DNA of 64,000 nucleotides from Takakia lepidozioides. Lineage: Eukaryota > Plantae > Bryophyta. Of this stretch, positions 51,001 through 62,400 are shown in pieces. The position numbers were made by a program, and so were the translations under genes. The notes beneath the pieces were generated by a model. That model did not search any database. It had not been told where the DNA came from and saw only the letters and a list, made by a program, of their open reading frames with translations. Numbering within the stretch: the stretch's first letter is position 1; each line of letters starts with the position of its first letter. Location of the stretch: positions 92,566,001 to 92,630,000 of the forward strand of contig CM060731.1 in assembly GCA_030704615.1 (NCBI GenBank), given 5' to 3'.

Positions 51001-54000
51001 TGGTTCATATGAGTTCTTGGTGATGCCTTTTGGGCTCACCAATGCACCAGCGACATTTAGCACGCTGATGAACAGCCTTTTCCAGGAGTGGTTGGATGAC
51101 TTTGTGATCGTGTACATCGACGACATCTTGGTGTACTCAAAAACAAAGGAGGAGCACCTGGAGCACCTCAAAAGGGTGTTCCAAAAATTGCGAGAAGGGA
51201 AGCTGTATGCCAAAGCTTCAAAGTGCGAATTCGGGGTCACAAAAGTGGAGTTCTTGGGGCATGTGATTACACAGGATGGGATCAAAATGGATGACAGAAA
51301 GGTGAGGGCGATCTTGGACTGGGAGCCTCCGACTTCGGTCCCGGGAGTGCGATCCTTCCTAGGACTCGCCTCCTATTACCGGAAGTATGTGAGAAATTTC
51401 GCCAAGATCGCGGGGCCGCTGTCGGACCTTCTGTGTAAATCCAAAGTCTGGGTATGGAACACATTTTGTGGCCAAGCTTTTGCTGAATTGAAGCAGCGGA
51501 TGACGGAAGCTCCAGTCTTGAAAATCCCGGAGTTCGATCGTCCGTTTGAGATTCATACAGATGCATCGGACTTCGCAATTGGGGGTGTACTTATGCAAGA
51601 TGGACGTCCAGTGGCTTACGAAAGTAAGAAACTGAATGAAGTGGAGCGACGGTGGCCGACGCACGAAAAAGAGATGAAGGCGGTGGTGCATTGCCTTGAA
51701 CTCTGGCGCCACTATGTTGGTTCCAACCCAGTGAAGGTGTTCACGGACAATGTCACGGTGAAGTATTTTGCCACGCAGCCCAAGTTGTCCCCAAAACAAC
51801 TTAGGTGGCAAGATACTTTGGCAGTGTTCGACGTGGATATCCAGTACAAACCGGGACGGGACAATGTGGTGGCCGATGCTTTAAGTAGAAAGCAGCAGCT
51901 CTTGTTGGTGTACAAGGGCGAGACGGCGCTCCAAAGGAAGATCCGGAAGGCTTGCCGGAAGGATGAGCTGGCAAAGTGCGTGATGCAGGACTTGAGAATG
52001 GGGGTTAAATCGCAGTTCCACTTGCAAAACGGACTGCTCCGGTATAAGCAAAAACGTCTCTATGTGCCAAAGGGAGGGATCAGGGATAGTCTCTTGAGAG
52101 AATGCCATGATAGCCCGCTTGCGGGCCACGGTGGAGCCAAGCGCACTGCGGCACTCTTGAAGAAAGAATATTTCTGGCCCAAACTGAGGGAGGAGGCAGA
52201 GGAGTATGTCAAGACATGCACCACATGCCAACAAACCGGAGCGAGTACAAAAAGCAAGCGGGGCTGTTACAACCCTTGCCGATTCCAGAGGGGACTTGGG
52301 AAAGCGTCTCGATGGATTTCATGACTGCTATGCCGTTGTCAAAAGGATTCGATGCAATCATGGTGGTGGTAGATAGGTTCAGTAAAATGGCCCATTTCAT
52401 CCCCACCAAGGAGACGGCAACGGCGCAGGAGACAGGGCGACTTTACTTCGCCCACGTCTTAAAGCATCATGGAGTCCCGAAGGATATTGTCTCGGACCGC
52501 GATCCAAAGTTTACGAGTAAATTCTGGAGAGCACTTTGGAAGAAGATGGGGACGAGGCTGAAGATGAGCACCGCCTTCCGACCTACGACGGACGGCCAAA
52601 CGGAAAGAGTGAATTCCGTAGTGAAGCAATTCTTGCGGAATTACGTGTCGGCAGACCAATCAGACTGGATGGAACACTTAGACGCGGCAGAGTTCTGTTA
52701 TAATAACACAGAACACTCCGCGACGGGAGTTTCCCCTTTTGTGTTGGTCTATGGAAAAGCACCTCTGGTGCCGACAAGTTGGGCCGCCCAGGACGTTGAG
52801 GAACCGGCAGTAGCGGCGGTACTGGAAGAACGCGAGCGTTTGTTGAAGCTCGCAAAGTACAACATTGCCAAAGCTAGGAAACGGTATGAAAGGCAGGCGA
52901 ATCGGAAGCGGAGGGAAGTGAAGTTTGAGGCAGGCACAGAGGTCTGGTTGAACATCAAGAATTTTCGACTACCTCCGGAAGTGAGTCCGAAGTTCGTACC
53001 TCCGTATGCGGGTCCCTTTCGCATTCGGAGGGTTATGAATGAGGATGTGTATGAATTGGAGCTGCCGGCAAACAGCAAGGTGCACCCAGTATTCCATGTC
53101 TCCCTTTTGAAGCCTTACTTCAAAGATGAAGCACGTCCGAATCGGCAGCAAGTGTTGCGTCCGCCACCTATGCTGTTGGATCATGAAAATGAACCTGAGT
53201 ACGAGGTGGAGGCAATACTTAAGTCGAGGAGGTTCAAGAACCGAGAAACAGAGTATCTCGTCAAATGGAAGGGCTATCATCTTGTGGAGGCATCTTGGGT
53301 GCGTGCCTCAGAAATGGGAAACGCATCCGAGGCAGTTGCAGCGTTCGAAGGGCGACCTCAAAAGCGGAAGAAACGTTGATGGGGACATCAACCTTGGAGC
53401 GTGGGGGAGGAAATGCATGCTTAGCCCGGTTTAGCTAGCTCAGGAATCCGATTGCAAAAACTTGTATTGTACAAACATTTGTTATAAAGGAAATGGGTTC
53501 CAAATATTATGCGTCCTATTGTGTTTGGAATGGTGATGCATGGTGTGTTTGGCTAGTGTGTAGAATGCATGCTAGCTTACAAAAGTGGGAGAGGTAAATT
53601 GGGTAATCGTGTGTTTGCGCAGTGCCGAAATCGGGTGACTCCCATCCCAGGGGCAAGGAAACTTGCGCCTTCTTTGGGAGTTCACGTGCTAGTGCGCACC
53701 TGGCGCGTGCGCGTACTATAACTGCGCTACCGAGGGGGTTGCCTTGTAGTGCGGGCTAACGCGGAAGCTACGTGCTTCCGTTCACGTACTATAATCGTGT
53801 AACCTCGGGACGAAGTCGTAGTGCGGCTTCGACGTGTTCCCGTACCTCAGGCCAGCATTCCAAGGCGGACCCAATTGTAGTGATTGGGGCGCACGGTTGG
53901 TTCAAGGTTACCTTCCTAGTCAAAGAGGGTTCCAGGTGAACCCTTGCTCAAGGTGATGCCAAAAGCGGCATCATGAGCGATCGCAAGCAATGTTGTTGCA

Positions 54001-55034
54001 GTAAGGCGATTCGATCCTCGGGGAGGATCGTTCCTTGGCCTTGAAGTAGGCCAAGAAGAGTGCACTGAGAGGAGCTGGAGAGGCTCCACCCTTGGCCGGG
54101 ACTTGGAGGAAGTCGGCCGAACTAGCTAGTGGAGAGTAGAGTCAAGTGTGGGGTTTGGTTCTTTGCCATGGGACGCCATGGTACAGAAACAAACTCCTTG
54201 ATGTGGGACGCCACAACTTGGATGTTCGTTTCTACAAAATGGACAAGTCGATGAGGACATCGACTCCCTGTTGGTAGGGGTGTGTGTCGCGGCCCTTTGC
54301 CTTGAGGGCAGGGGGTCGGGACACATCAGGGGCTGCCCCTGTGGTGGGGGCAGCGGCAGCGATAGGTATGGGGGGGCTGAGGCACCCTTGAGTGCCCAAG
54401 GCACTCAGGGAAGCGGAGGCGCTCACTAGGTGAAGCCCCGCACACCGGGTTGCGGTGGGGGTGGCTCCACAAGCGGTGGGGTTGGCTCCACAAGGGGTGG
54501 TGGTAGCTTAGTGGGACTTAGTGGGGGTGGCATAGGACTCACCATGGGGGCGGAGACCTCGTGGTGGGAGTCGTGGGGAGTCTTGGGACTCATCACGGTC
54601 CATAGGGGCCGTGGTGAGCGGGCCAAGACTCACCGCGACTCACCACCGGGAGTCGAGGGTTTTCGTGGTGGTTCGCCATAAAATGGCATGGCTGGTTGTG
54701 GAACCCCCGCGGACAGCTACAGAAGTATATATAGGGAGTAGTAACCCCGAGAACGGTGCAAGCCCGTTGGTGACCAAAAACTAGTGAGTAAGCGAGCGAG
54801 CCGGAAAGCGACCAAAGAGTGGGGAGCTGTTCCGGACTGCCATCTACCAAAGGGAATTCTCCTAGTCCCAAAGAGGTGGAGGGTTTAGAAGGAAGCGAAG
54901 GGGGGGACCGTTATGTCCCGGTGAGCAGCCGAAGCTCCAAGTTGGCCCGGGCGGCCAGGTTGGGAGTCAGGCGCGCGCATCAAAGCGAGTAACTAGGACT
55001 TGAAGGGGAGCTTACCGGAGTGAGGTGCGCGACA
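48014..55034 (+). mobile_element. Full-length Ty3/gypsy chromovirus LTR retrotransposon
   Basis: LTRs 48014-48762 and 54285-55034 (TGTCGCG...CGCGACA). 5-bp TSD CATTC (48009-48013, 55035-55039). PBS TGGTATCAGAGC (tRNA-iMet, 48765-48776). Confidence 0.97.
48818..53379 (+). CDS. Gag-Pol polyprotein (Gag, CCHC, protease, RT, RNase H, integrase, chromodomain); one frameshift near 52235
   Basis: [14 protein letters not shown]; LLVDTGAS; YIDDIL; TDASDFA; HHCC and DDE integrase; [10 protein letters not shown]...EYLVKWKGY...SW chromodomain. Confidence 0.95.
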
Positions 55035-56959
55035 CATTCGATATCCCTCCCGGAAAGAGAATTTCAGCCTGTCGATATCGCCTGGGAGTGCAGGTCTCAC
55101 CACCTGCAAATACCAAGCGGCAAAGGGGAATCCAAAGCTTGGCCGGGTACACCATGCCCCCCCAGGACCCTACCAATGTTTGTTGTGGGTTGCCTCCAAC
55201 ATCTTGGCAGCGGCCAACTTCATATCCGCCTCAGACATGACGTCTGTTGCAGGGGGGTTCTCCGACAGCCCACCAGGACCGCCAAATCCAGCCTGTATGC
55301 TGCGGGTTTGGGGCCTGGGGATGTCCGGGAGGATGTCATCCTGGTCAGAAAGCTCCCTCTCGTCATCCTCAACATGGTCAACCACCGGCGGAAGCACCTC
55401 GAGCACTCTCCCCGTCTCTACTGCCCTCTCCCCGGCTTCACCTCGAACTCCCACAATTTGTGCTGTTTGTGGTGTTCTTTCCCCTCCTCCAGTCTCCACC
55501 GTATGGGTAATTGCGGGGGCTGCTCTCACCCGCGATGGTGTAACCGGTAAGGATGTAGCCAGTGTGTTACTGCCTGTTTCTGGTGTCTTGGAGGGATCCA
55601 CCGTCTCAGTGCGTCCCTCGCTTACATGGGCATCTGTCATTTGGACACCCCTGGCCTCTTCAATGGCCTTTTCTCTTGCCTCCTGGCTAGCCTTCTGTCT
55701 CGCCTGTTCTTTTGCCCTCTCTTTTGCCCTCTCACGGGCCTTCTGTTTCTTACTAGGGGTAGCAGCAGGGGAGGCCTCCAGGACGACCATCTTTGATTGA
55801 GGCGAACTGACACCCTCACGCGCCTTGTTCACTCCCCCCTCCGCAGCCTGTGACGGCTCTCTCGCCGGGGATTGCATGTGCTTGGCTTTTTTCTTCTTCT
55901 TTGTGTGGGCGGGCCCTACTCAGCTTCCTCCATTGGCGGATCTGCTATCCTCATCCGACGCCCTTCACCTGCCATGCCGCCTGCACCAACCTCCCGAATG
56001 CCTATTCTGGCGTACTCTCGCTACAGGTCCTCCCGTCCACCAACAAAAGAATCAAGATTTTGTTTGCCCTCCCGCCCCAACTTGGGCGATCCAAACATGC
56101 GAAGCACCAGGTCTGACGTGTGCTGCCGACGACTGTCCGACTGCGCTTGATGGCTAGCGGCTTTTGGAGTGACCGCTCGAGCAGTTGGAGCTGTCGATGA
56201 TACCACCACCGTGTCGCGCTCGTCTTCACTCTGTCATCCCCAACAATCGTGAGAACCACCATTGCAATGAAATGGAAGCAACAAATGAGCCACAATTGTG
56301 GAGTGGCATGGAACAACAATGAAAACAAACCCAAGCAATGGCTAACAATCACATGCAGAAGCAGCAGAATGATGCCAAAACAAACAAAACAAAGCGAAGA
56401 AGACCGCACATGTTACATAAAGCGAAAGAAGCAGGGGCTTGCCTGAGAGTGCCCGGCTTCAGTTGACGTGGGCTGTGAGCAAGACAAGGGGATCTCCTGG
56501 TGGAGCTTCAGTTTGGCCATGCGAGACGTTGGACGCTGCCCGTAGTACAAAGGCTTCAGTTTGCGCCGCAGTCTGGATGTGGGGTTTCTCTCAGGAGAGC
56601 CACGCCCTTCTCCACGCGGCATAAGTCCGAGTAAAAGAAAAAATCTCCCGCAAAATGCATGGTATAGGCCTCGAATGGAACTTCATCCACCCATCACATC
56701 AGGTGTCGAAGGCGTATCCGGGAAGCAAGCGCGGAATCCGTGTGGAACGTCTGGTTCAAAACCGACGGCAGAGGACATTTAATGTGCAACTGTGCCCTTA
56801 AATGTCATAGGTATGGAGGTCGGCCACAGGCGCCACCTGGCCCACCCTCCCCCCGAGACTTCATCATTCGCCCGCTGGATGGAAAAAACGGCGCAGAATT
56901 TCCATCCAGCGAATAAAGTAGGACGCAACATGGCCCTCCCTCCGCCCGAGACGTTCTCA

Positions 56960-57335
56960 TCCAGAAGCTGCCGGATGAAAAATCGGCGCCGAATTTCCAT
57001 CCTGCAGGTAAGTCGGAGCGCGGCCGGATGCAAAACTGGCGCCGATTTTCCATCCTGCAGGTAAACGGGAGCGCTGCAGGATGGAAAACCGGCGCCAAAT
57101 TTCCATCCTGCAGGTAAGCGGGAGCGCGGCCGGATGGAAAACCGGCGCCAAATTTCCATCCTGCAGGTAAGCGGGAGCGCGGCCGGATGGAAAACCGGCG
57201 CCGAATTTCCATCCTGCAGGTAAGCCGGAGCGCGGCCGGATGAAAAACCGGCGCCGAATTTCCATCTAGCAGGTAAGCGGGAGGGTGGCAAGATGGAAAA
57301 CCGGCGCCGAATTTCCATCCTGCAGGTAAGTCGGT
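56960..57335. repeat. 53-bp tandem repeat (~7 units) upstream of copy C
   Basis: Unit GGATGGAAAACCGGCGCCGAATTTCCATCCTGCAGGTAAGCGGGAGCGCGGCC, with a 9-bp stem around GGCGCC. Confidence 0.92.
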
Positions 57336-57519
57336 CCACCTCATGGATGGAAAACCGACACCGAATTTGTCTCTAGCGGACAACATTGAAGGGAAAAACG
57401 TGCCAAAAAGTGGCCCGCAGGCAAGAAACTCTAAGTTTAGTGTCTCAATAGACAAAAAAACGCGAAAAACTTGATGCAACGACTGAAAATTGTTGATGAA
57501 GGGTCGATACGGGCGTCTG

Positions 57520-57845
57520 TGGATGGATATTCGGCGCCGTTTTTCCATCCTGCAGATGATCTCTGTCGACCTCTCCCCCCAAGACGACTTCATCCGAGCA
57601 GCCTCGGATGGAAATTCGGCGTCGTTTTTCCATCCGGGGGATGTTCTCTGTCGGCCAAGTGTCGGCCTCTCCCCCCGAGACGACTTCATCCGTGCGGCCT
57701 CGGATGGAAATTCGGGGCCGTTTTTCCATCCGGGGGATGTTCTCTGTCGGCCAGGTGTCGGCCTCTCCCCCGAGACGACTTCATCCGACCAGCCTCGGAT
57801 GGAAATTCGGCGCCATTTTTCCATCCGGGGGATGTTCTCTGGCAG
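57520..57845. repeat. ~95-bp tandem repeat with the same core in the opposite orientation
   Basis: GCCTCGGATGGAAATTCGG at 57601, 57697 and 57792. Confidence 0.88.
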
Positions 57846-58097
57846 GCACGTTGGGCCGTCACCCTCCGATTGGACGTCATGTCGAAGTAAATTCTGCGCC
57901 TCATTCCTGGGTACGGTTATATTAAATGCTGCTCTTTTTCTTTGCCACTTGCCCGACCTTCGCTCGTGACCCACGCGTTTCAAACCGAGACAACAACAAC
58001 ACTTCCTCGCTCCGAGCTCCTCTCACTTCATCTTCCCCACACTCCCCCTTCCCTGCGCACCCTCTCTGCTTCCTGGCAGCCCTTTCAATAGTCGGCG

Positions 58098-58664
58098 ATG
58101 GCATGCCGGGATCCCAACAACTGCCCAAACAAGCATCTCACCCCGTGGGACTTCTCGCCCAAGTCAGGGGATATTTTCATATACTTGCAGGATTGGATAG
58201 ACCACTCTCAGCAGAGGAGGGTGCACTTGTCTGCTCTTGAGTACCTTCCTGGCTTCCACGATCAGCCTCGCGGGGACGGGCTTGCGCGGCTTTGGTGCCT
58301 GCGAATCGTTGATCTGCAGTATCCGCCTACATGGAACATCCCCAAAAGCCGCACGACCGTCCTACATCATTGGAGGTGCTACCAGTGGGCCTATGAGGAT
58401 TGCATCGGGTGTACGTACATGCCAGAGAGGATTCCATCGCAAACAGTGTATGGGGACATTCTCATAAGCTACGAGGATGAGTCCTATGGACACAGAGTCT
58501 CCACAACAAAGATCTCGATTTACGATGGTGCATATATCGGAGGACATGACACCGTTGTCCACTACACCAAAGGAGAACGGGTTGCATCCATTGTCTTCAC
58601 CTATCGACACCCTGTCAGTCATGAGCTTGTTGAGAGGCCAATCGAGGTTCCAGCTTCTTGGTGA
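58098..58664 (+). CDS. Hypothetical 188-aa protein, divergent from the ParB-MTase gene
   Basis: ATG-initiated, uninterrupted, globular-looking composition; no family recognised. Confidence 0.4.
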   Translation: MACRDPNNCPNKHLTPWDFSPKSGDIFIYLQDWIDHSQQRRVHLSALEYLPGFHDQPRGDGLARLWCLRIVDLQYPPTWNIPKSRTTVLHHWRCYQWAYEDCIGCTYMPERIPSQTVYGDILISYEDESYGHRVSTTKISIYDGAYIGGHDTVVHYTKGERVASIVFTYRHPVSHELVERPIEVPASW

Positions 58665-59127
58665 GAATAGTGCAACACGGGAGAAAATTCCCAACTTACC
58701 TGAGCATGGATGGCATGCATACTTTTGGCTTCCCTCAGCTTGTGAGGGCATGCATACTTGTCACAGTTCATTATTAATAAAAATGTCTCATTTGAACCAA
58801 AGTTCCACTTTTTGCGCAATGTTGCATTTTGTTGCAATCAGACCCACTAGAATGCCACCTCTGTCAGTTCCCTCTGTCCATGGGGAAGGTGCTTGCACGC
58901 TCGCCCCCCCATGCTTCTTGTCAGACGCCGTTATTATTGGTTTGCGTAGCGCATCTGCACAGGTCATATACCTTCTGACTGCATACTTTTGGCAGTTATT
59001 GCGCAAAGGCCAAGGGCCGCATTCCAGAGACAAGGTTCATTAACACTCTGACAGTGGATTTTTGGGAGAGTGGGCTCCCCGGATTCGTGAATAGGCTTCG
59101 TCGCTCAGTCTTGTGTGCACATCTCCC

Positions 59128-59480
59128 ATGGCAGAAAACCCGAGCGCTATAGTGTACTGCCCTCCTCACGAGCATAGAGCTACATTTCCGTGCAGAGGGG
59201 AGATCTTCCGGGTGATGGAGAAATATCTCTGCGTTCGATACCACCTGAAACCGGGGTCGGTATTTTTGGAGGAGGAAAGGAAGGACTCAAATGGAGTTGT
59301 AGTCGAAAGTATTGTTGTGCTCCACGATGATTTCGGCGACGGCAGGGAATGGCGAGTTCCACCATCGGACAACGTCATATACAGGGCTGTTGGGGACTTC
59401 ATTTGCCCGCCAAATGCGCCTTCTATCCTGGCCCCTTACACGAAACAATCCGCGAATGAGAGAGTGGGTACCTCAAAGAG
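59128..59480 (+). pseudogene. Hypothetical ORF apparently truncated by CACTA insertion
   Basis: MAENPSAIVYCPPHEHRATFPCRG... reads as complex sequence until CACTACTACG at 59481. Confidence 0.35.
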
Positions 59481-62400
59481 CACTACTACGTTTAGGGGGG
59501 GGGGGGGGGGGGGGGGGGGGTTTAGCGACGTCGGGACCCCGAGCGCACTAGACGCGACAACCCTCCTGCGACTGCTGCGCCGCATAGGCGCTCGGCCCGG
59601 AAATAGCGACGTCGGCATGTCGCCGCAGCGCCGCTCCGGTGACGCTTCGCCAGCTTGCGATTCAGGTACGTCGCTGCAGTTGGGGCATGACCCGCCAGCA
59701 AGCTGGGGGTTGCGACGCCCGGGCGTCGCACGTGCCCTCTGCGACGCTCCCGCAAGGCTGCGACGCCCGGGAATCGCAACAACACCCCCTCACACTTAGA
59801 CGCGTGAAGAGGGCCGAGCCAGCTCGGGGGATTGCGACGTCCCAACGTCGCAGCAATGCCACAATGGCGACGTTGCGATTCCCCGCAGTCGCAGGCCTGC
59901 TGGGGCGTCGCAAGTGCCCTCTTGCCTGGGGGTCTAGGATTGGGGATTGCTGCTACATAATAATAAATTTTTGGCTGTGTTTTGTTCTGTGAATTCGACC
60001 CTTGCACCACTACATCCGTGCAAACTATTGGACCATATGCTTAATGACAACGTTTGCAATGCGTGTGCAAATTTTGGGAGTGAACAAAAATCATTTGGAC
60101 TGAAAACCTTATTTTCTTCCCTCATTTGCACTCCGAAGTTGAGTTCTTTTCAACTTCATGCACTCTCCATAGAGAGTTCCGCAATAGTGAGTGAAGGAAA
60201 CTCTTTGTTTTTTTTTTTTTTTTTTGGTCCAATTTTTTCCATGGATGTAGTGGTCTGGGGTTTGCATTCACAGAACAAAATAGAGCTAAAACAAAAATCA
60301 TTGCGTAGGAAAAATCCGCAATCATAGATATTGTAAATGCAGGAGGTTGCGACCTCCATGGGTCGCCTTGCGACGATATTGTGACGGTATTGCAATGCCC
60401 CAACAAATCTGCAACGACGGGGAATCGTAAAATTGCCTTTTCTGTGTCTTTGCAAAGGTCATGGCAGAGGCCAAGCTGAATGGATCCATTGTTGCAAATC
60501 TTTTTAGTCCTCCTTCTGTGCTACAATATAATAGGTCTATCTTGCATGTGGGAGACCGTGATCAACCCGGGCGGCCTTATTGTTAAAGACAAAGGGCAAG
60601 AAGAGGGGGTGGGGACACTAGGAAATGAAAAGGAAGGGCCATGGGATTAGAGGGTTGAGGGTAGATTGCTTTGGCAATGGCTTTGGCAACATTGTTGTCT
60701 TTCACACCAATTTCGAAGATTCTTTCTGTTGCATCGAGATCATGGTAACCAAATCGATTGAAGGGTTTCCAGGGGTAAGTCTTGGTCAGCACTTGTAGAA
60801 CAAGAACCATGTCTTCCAACAGTCTTGCCCTCGTACAAAAACTCAACAATCCTAGAGTCACTTTTCGAGTCACAACTTCACTAAAATCATTCCTAGATCG
60901 CCACACCTACAAATGATTTTTTTCATGGATTTTTTATTAATCAATCAAAGAAATAAGCTACATGCATGTACATGTACAATCAATCGAAGGAATGGATACA
61001 ATTATGTGCGAGAATTATTATGTAGCTTTGATTACGTGTCTAATCGACTTGAACATCATCATCCGGAGCTTCTTTGTCTTCATCAAGCTGCAAGTCTTCT
61101 CGCTCATCAGAGTCATTGTCATAAATGGTATGGTCACCAAAAGGCACATCTGAATCATCTTCCACCTCGGTTTCAATGACCATGTCTTCATCTTCTTCTC
61201 CAACATCTGCATCTGATGGAGCCTCATCGTATAGGGTCCGGGATGCATTGTCCGGGGCGTCGTCATTCTCTTGTACCCCCTCTATCCAACCTTGGCCAAC
61301 ATCAGCGTCATCATGACCAGTCTCTTCCTCCTCCGCATTTGCCTCGCCCCATGTAGATCCCCGACCATGATAGAACGTCTTCCTCTTGGCTGAGCATGCA
61401 CAACCACCTTCCAATTTCCTGATCCGGAGAAGAAAACTTGCTCCATGTCTGAAGGCCATGAAAAAGGCTCATCGGAGGGACGATGAGTAGACTCGAGCCT
61501 ATCTGTATTGACGCGCATGAAACCACACTCGTCTTCCACTATTGTTGCGGATGGCCCCACAAGATGTGGCTGGAACCACCTTGCCTTGAAGATAAGAGGC
61601 TGGTGCCTTGTATACTGAAGTTGGAGTATGCTCTCAAGCTCTCCAAAGTAGTTGAGTGTGCTCATGGTAGGTTGTGTATCTCCCCTGCCCCACACGGAGT
61701 CTTGCCAATATGAGGCACACAAGCCAGAATCAAACGTTGTTTTGCGCTTCATGTCAAGAGCACGAATGCGGAAATGACGACCATGAACCCAAACCGTCGT
61801 GTATGAGGTCGCAAATTGAGAGGGGCCCCTTGCAATGTCTTTGCACCAAATCTGAAACCACCTCACCTTTCGCAATGTTATCCTCTACTTCAGTCCGAAG
61901 CCAATGGCGGAATGAACTTAGAGGCTGCAATTCCATGGGCAATTCTTGTGAAGGCACATTCCTACGCCGGCCCCTTGCTCGCGGAGCGCGTGTAGTCGCC
62001 CTTGCATGGTTCCGCCTCCACGCAACCGTCTCCTCCTGTCGTTGCTGAACAAGGTTATTGTATCTTGCCTCCCACTCATGTATGGATGGGGTGTTCTTCA
62101 GTATGAACTCATGCGCTTGGTTAATCACCTCTTTGAATTTTTGGGCAAAACGATGTTCTTGGTTCGTACATCCTCATCTTCCTTCCACATCGGAGGGGCT
62201 TCCTTATCCACCCTTGCCAAGTACTCCATGCAGTACAACATAGCCTCTTGCAATGTATACCCCTCCGCCATGCTACCCTCCGGGTGTGCCATTTGTCTTA
62301 CATGTGCTTTCAAAGTCTTATGTATCGCTCAAGGTAGTACATCCACCGAGAATGAACGGGGCCGGCAATCGAAGCCTCTTCCACTAAGTGCACTACCAAG

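Larger units (their letters stand above)
44841..56520 (-). pseudogene. ParB-amino-methyltransferase gene copy C (5' end present, truncated before the MTase domain), interrupted by the chromovirus
   Basis: Putative exon 1 MAKLKLHQEIPLSCSQPTSTEAGHSQ (56520-56443, GC donor). Exon 2 from 56230, split by the LTR element. Same downstream exons as copy B (VWDDNHRLLAWM, AHARRFYMES, TRWLQIWNG, TTNAQEQLD, YCKFSLLE). Confidence 0.85.

Noticed and set aside
56960-57845. Hairpin-containing repeats as a CRISPR array (also 28220-28965 and 3800-4492)
   Set aside because: Spacers are repeated rather than unique, there are no cas genes, and the context is eukaryotic.
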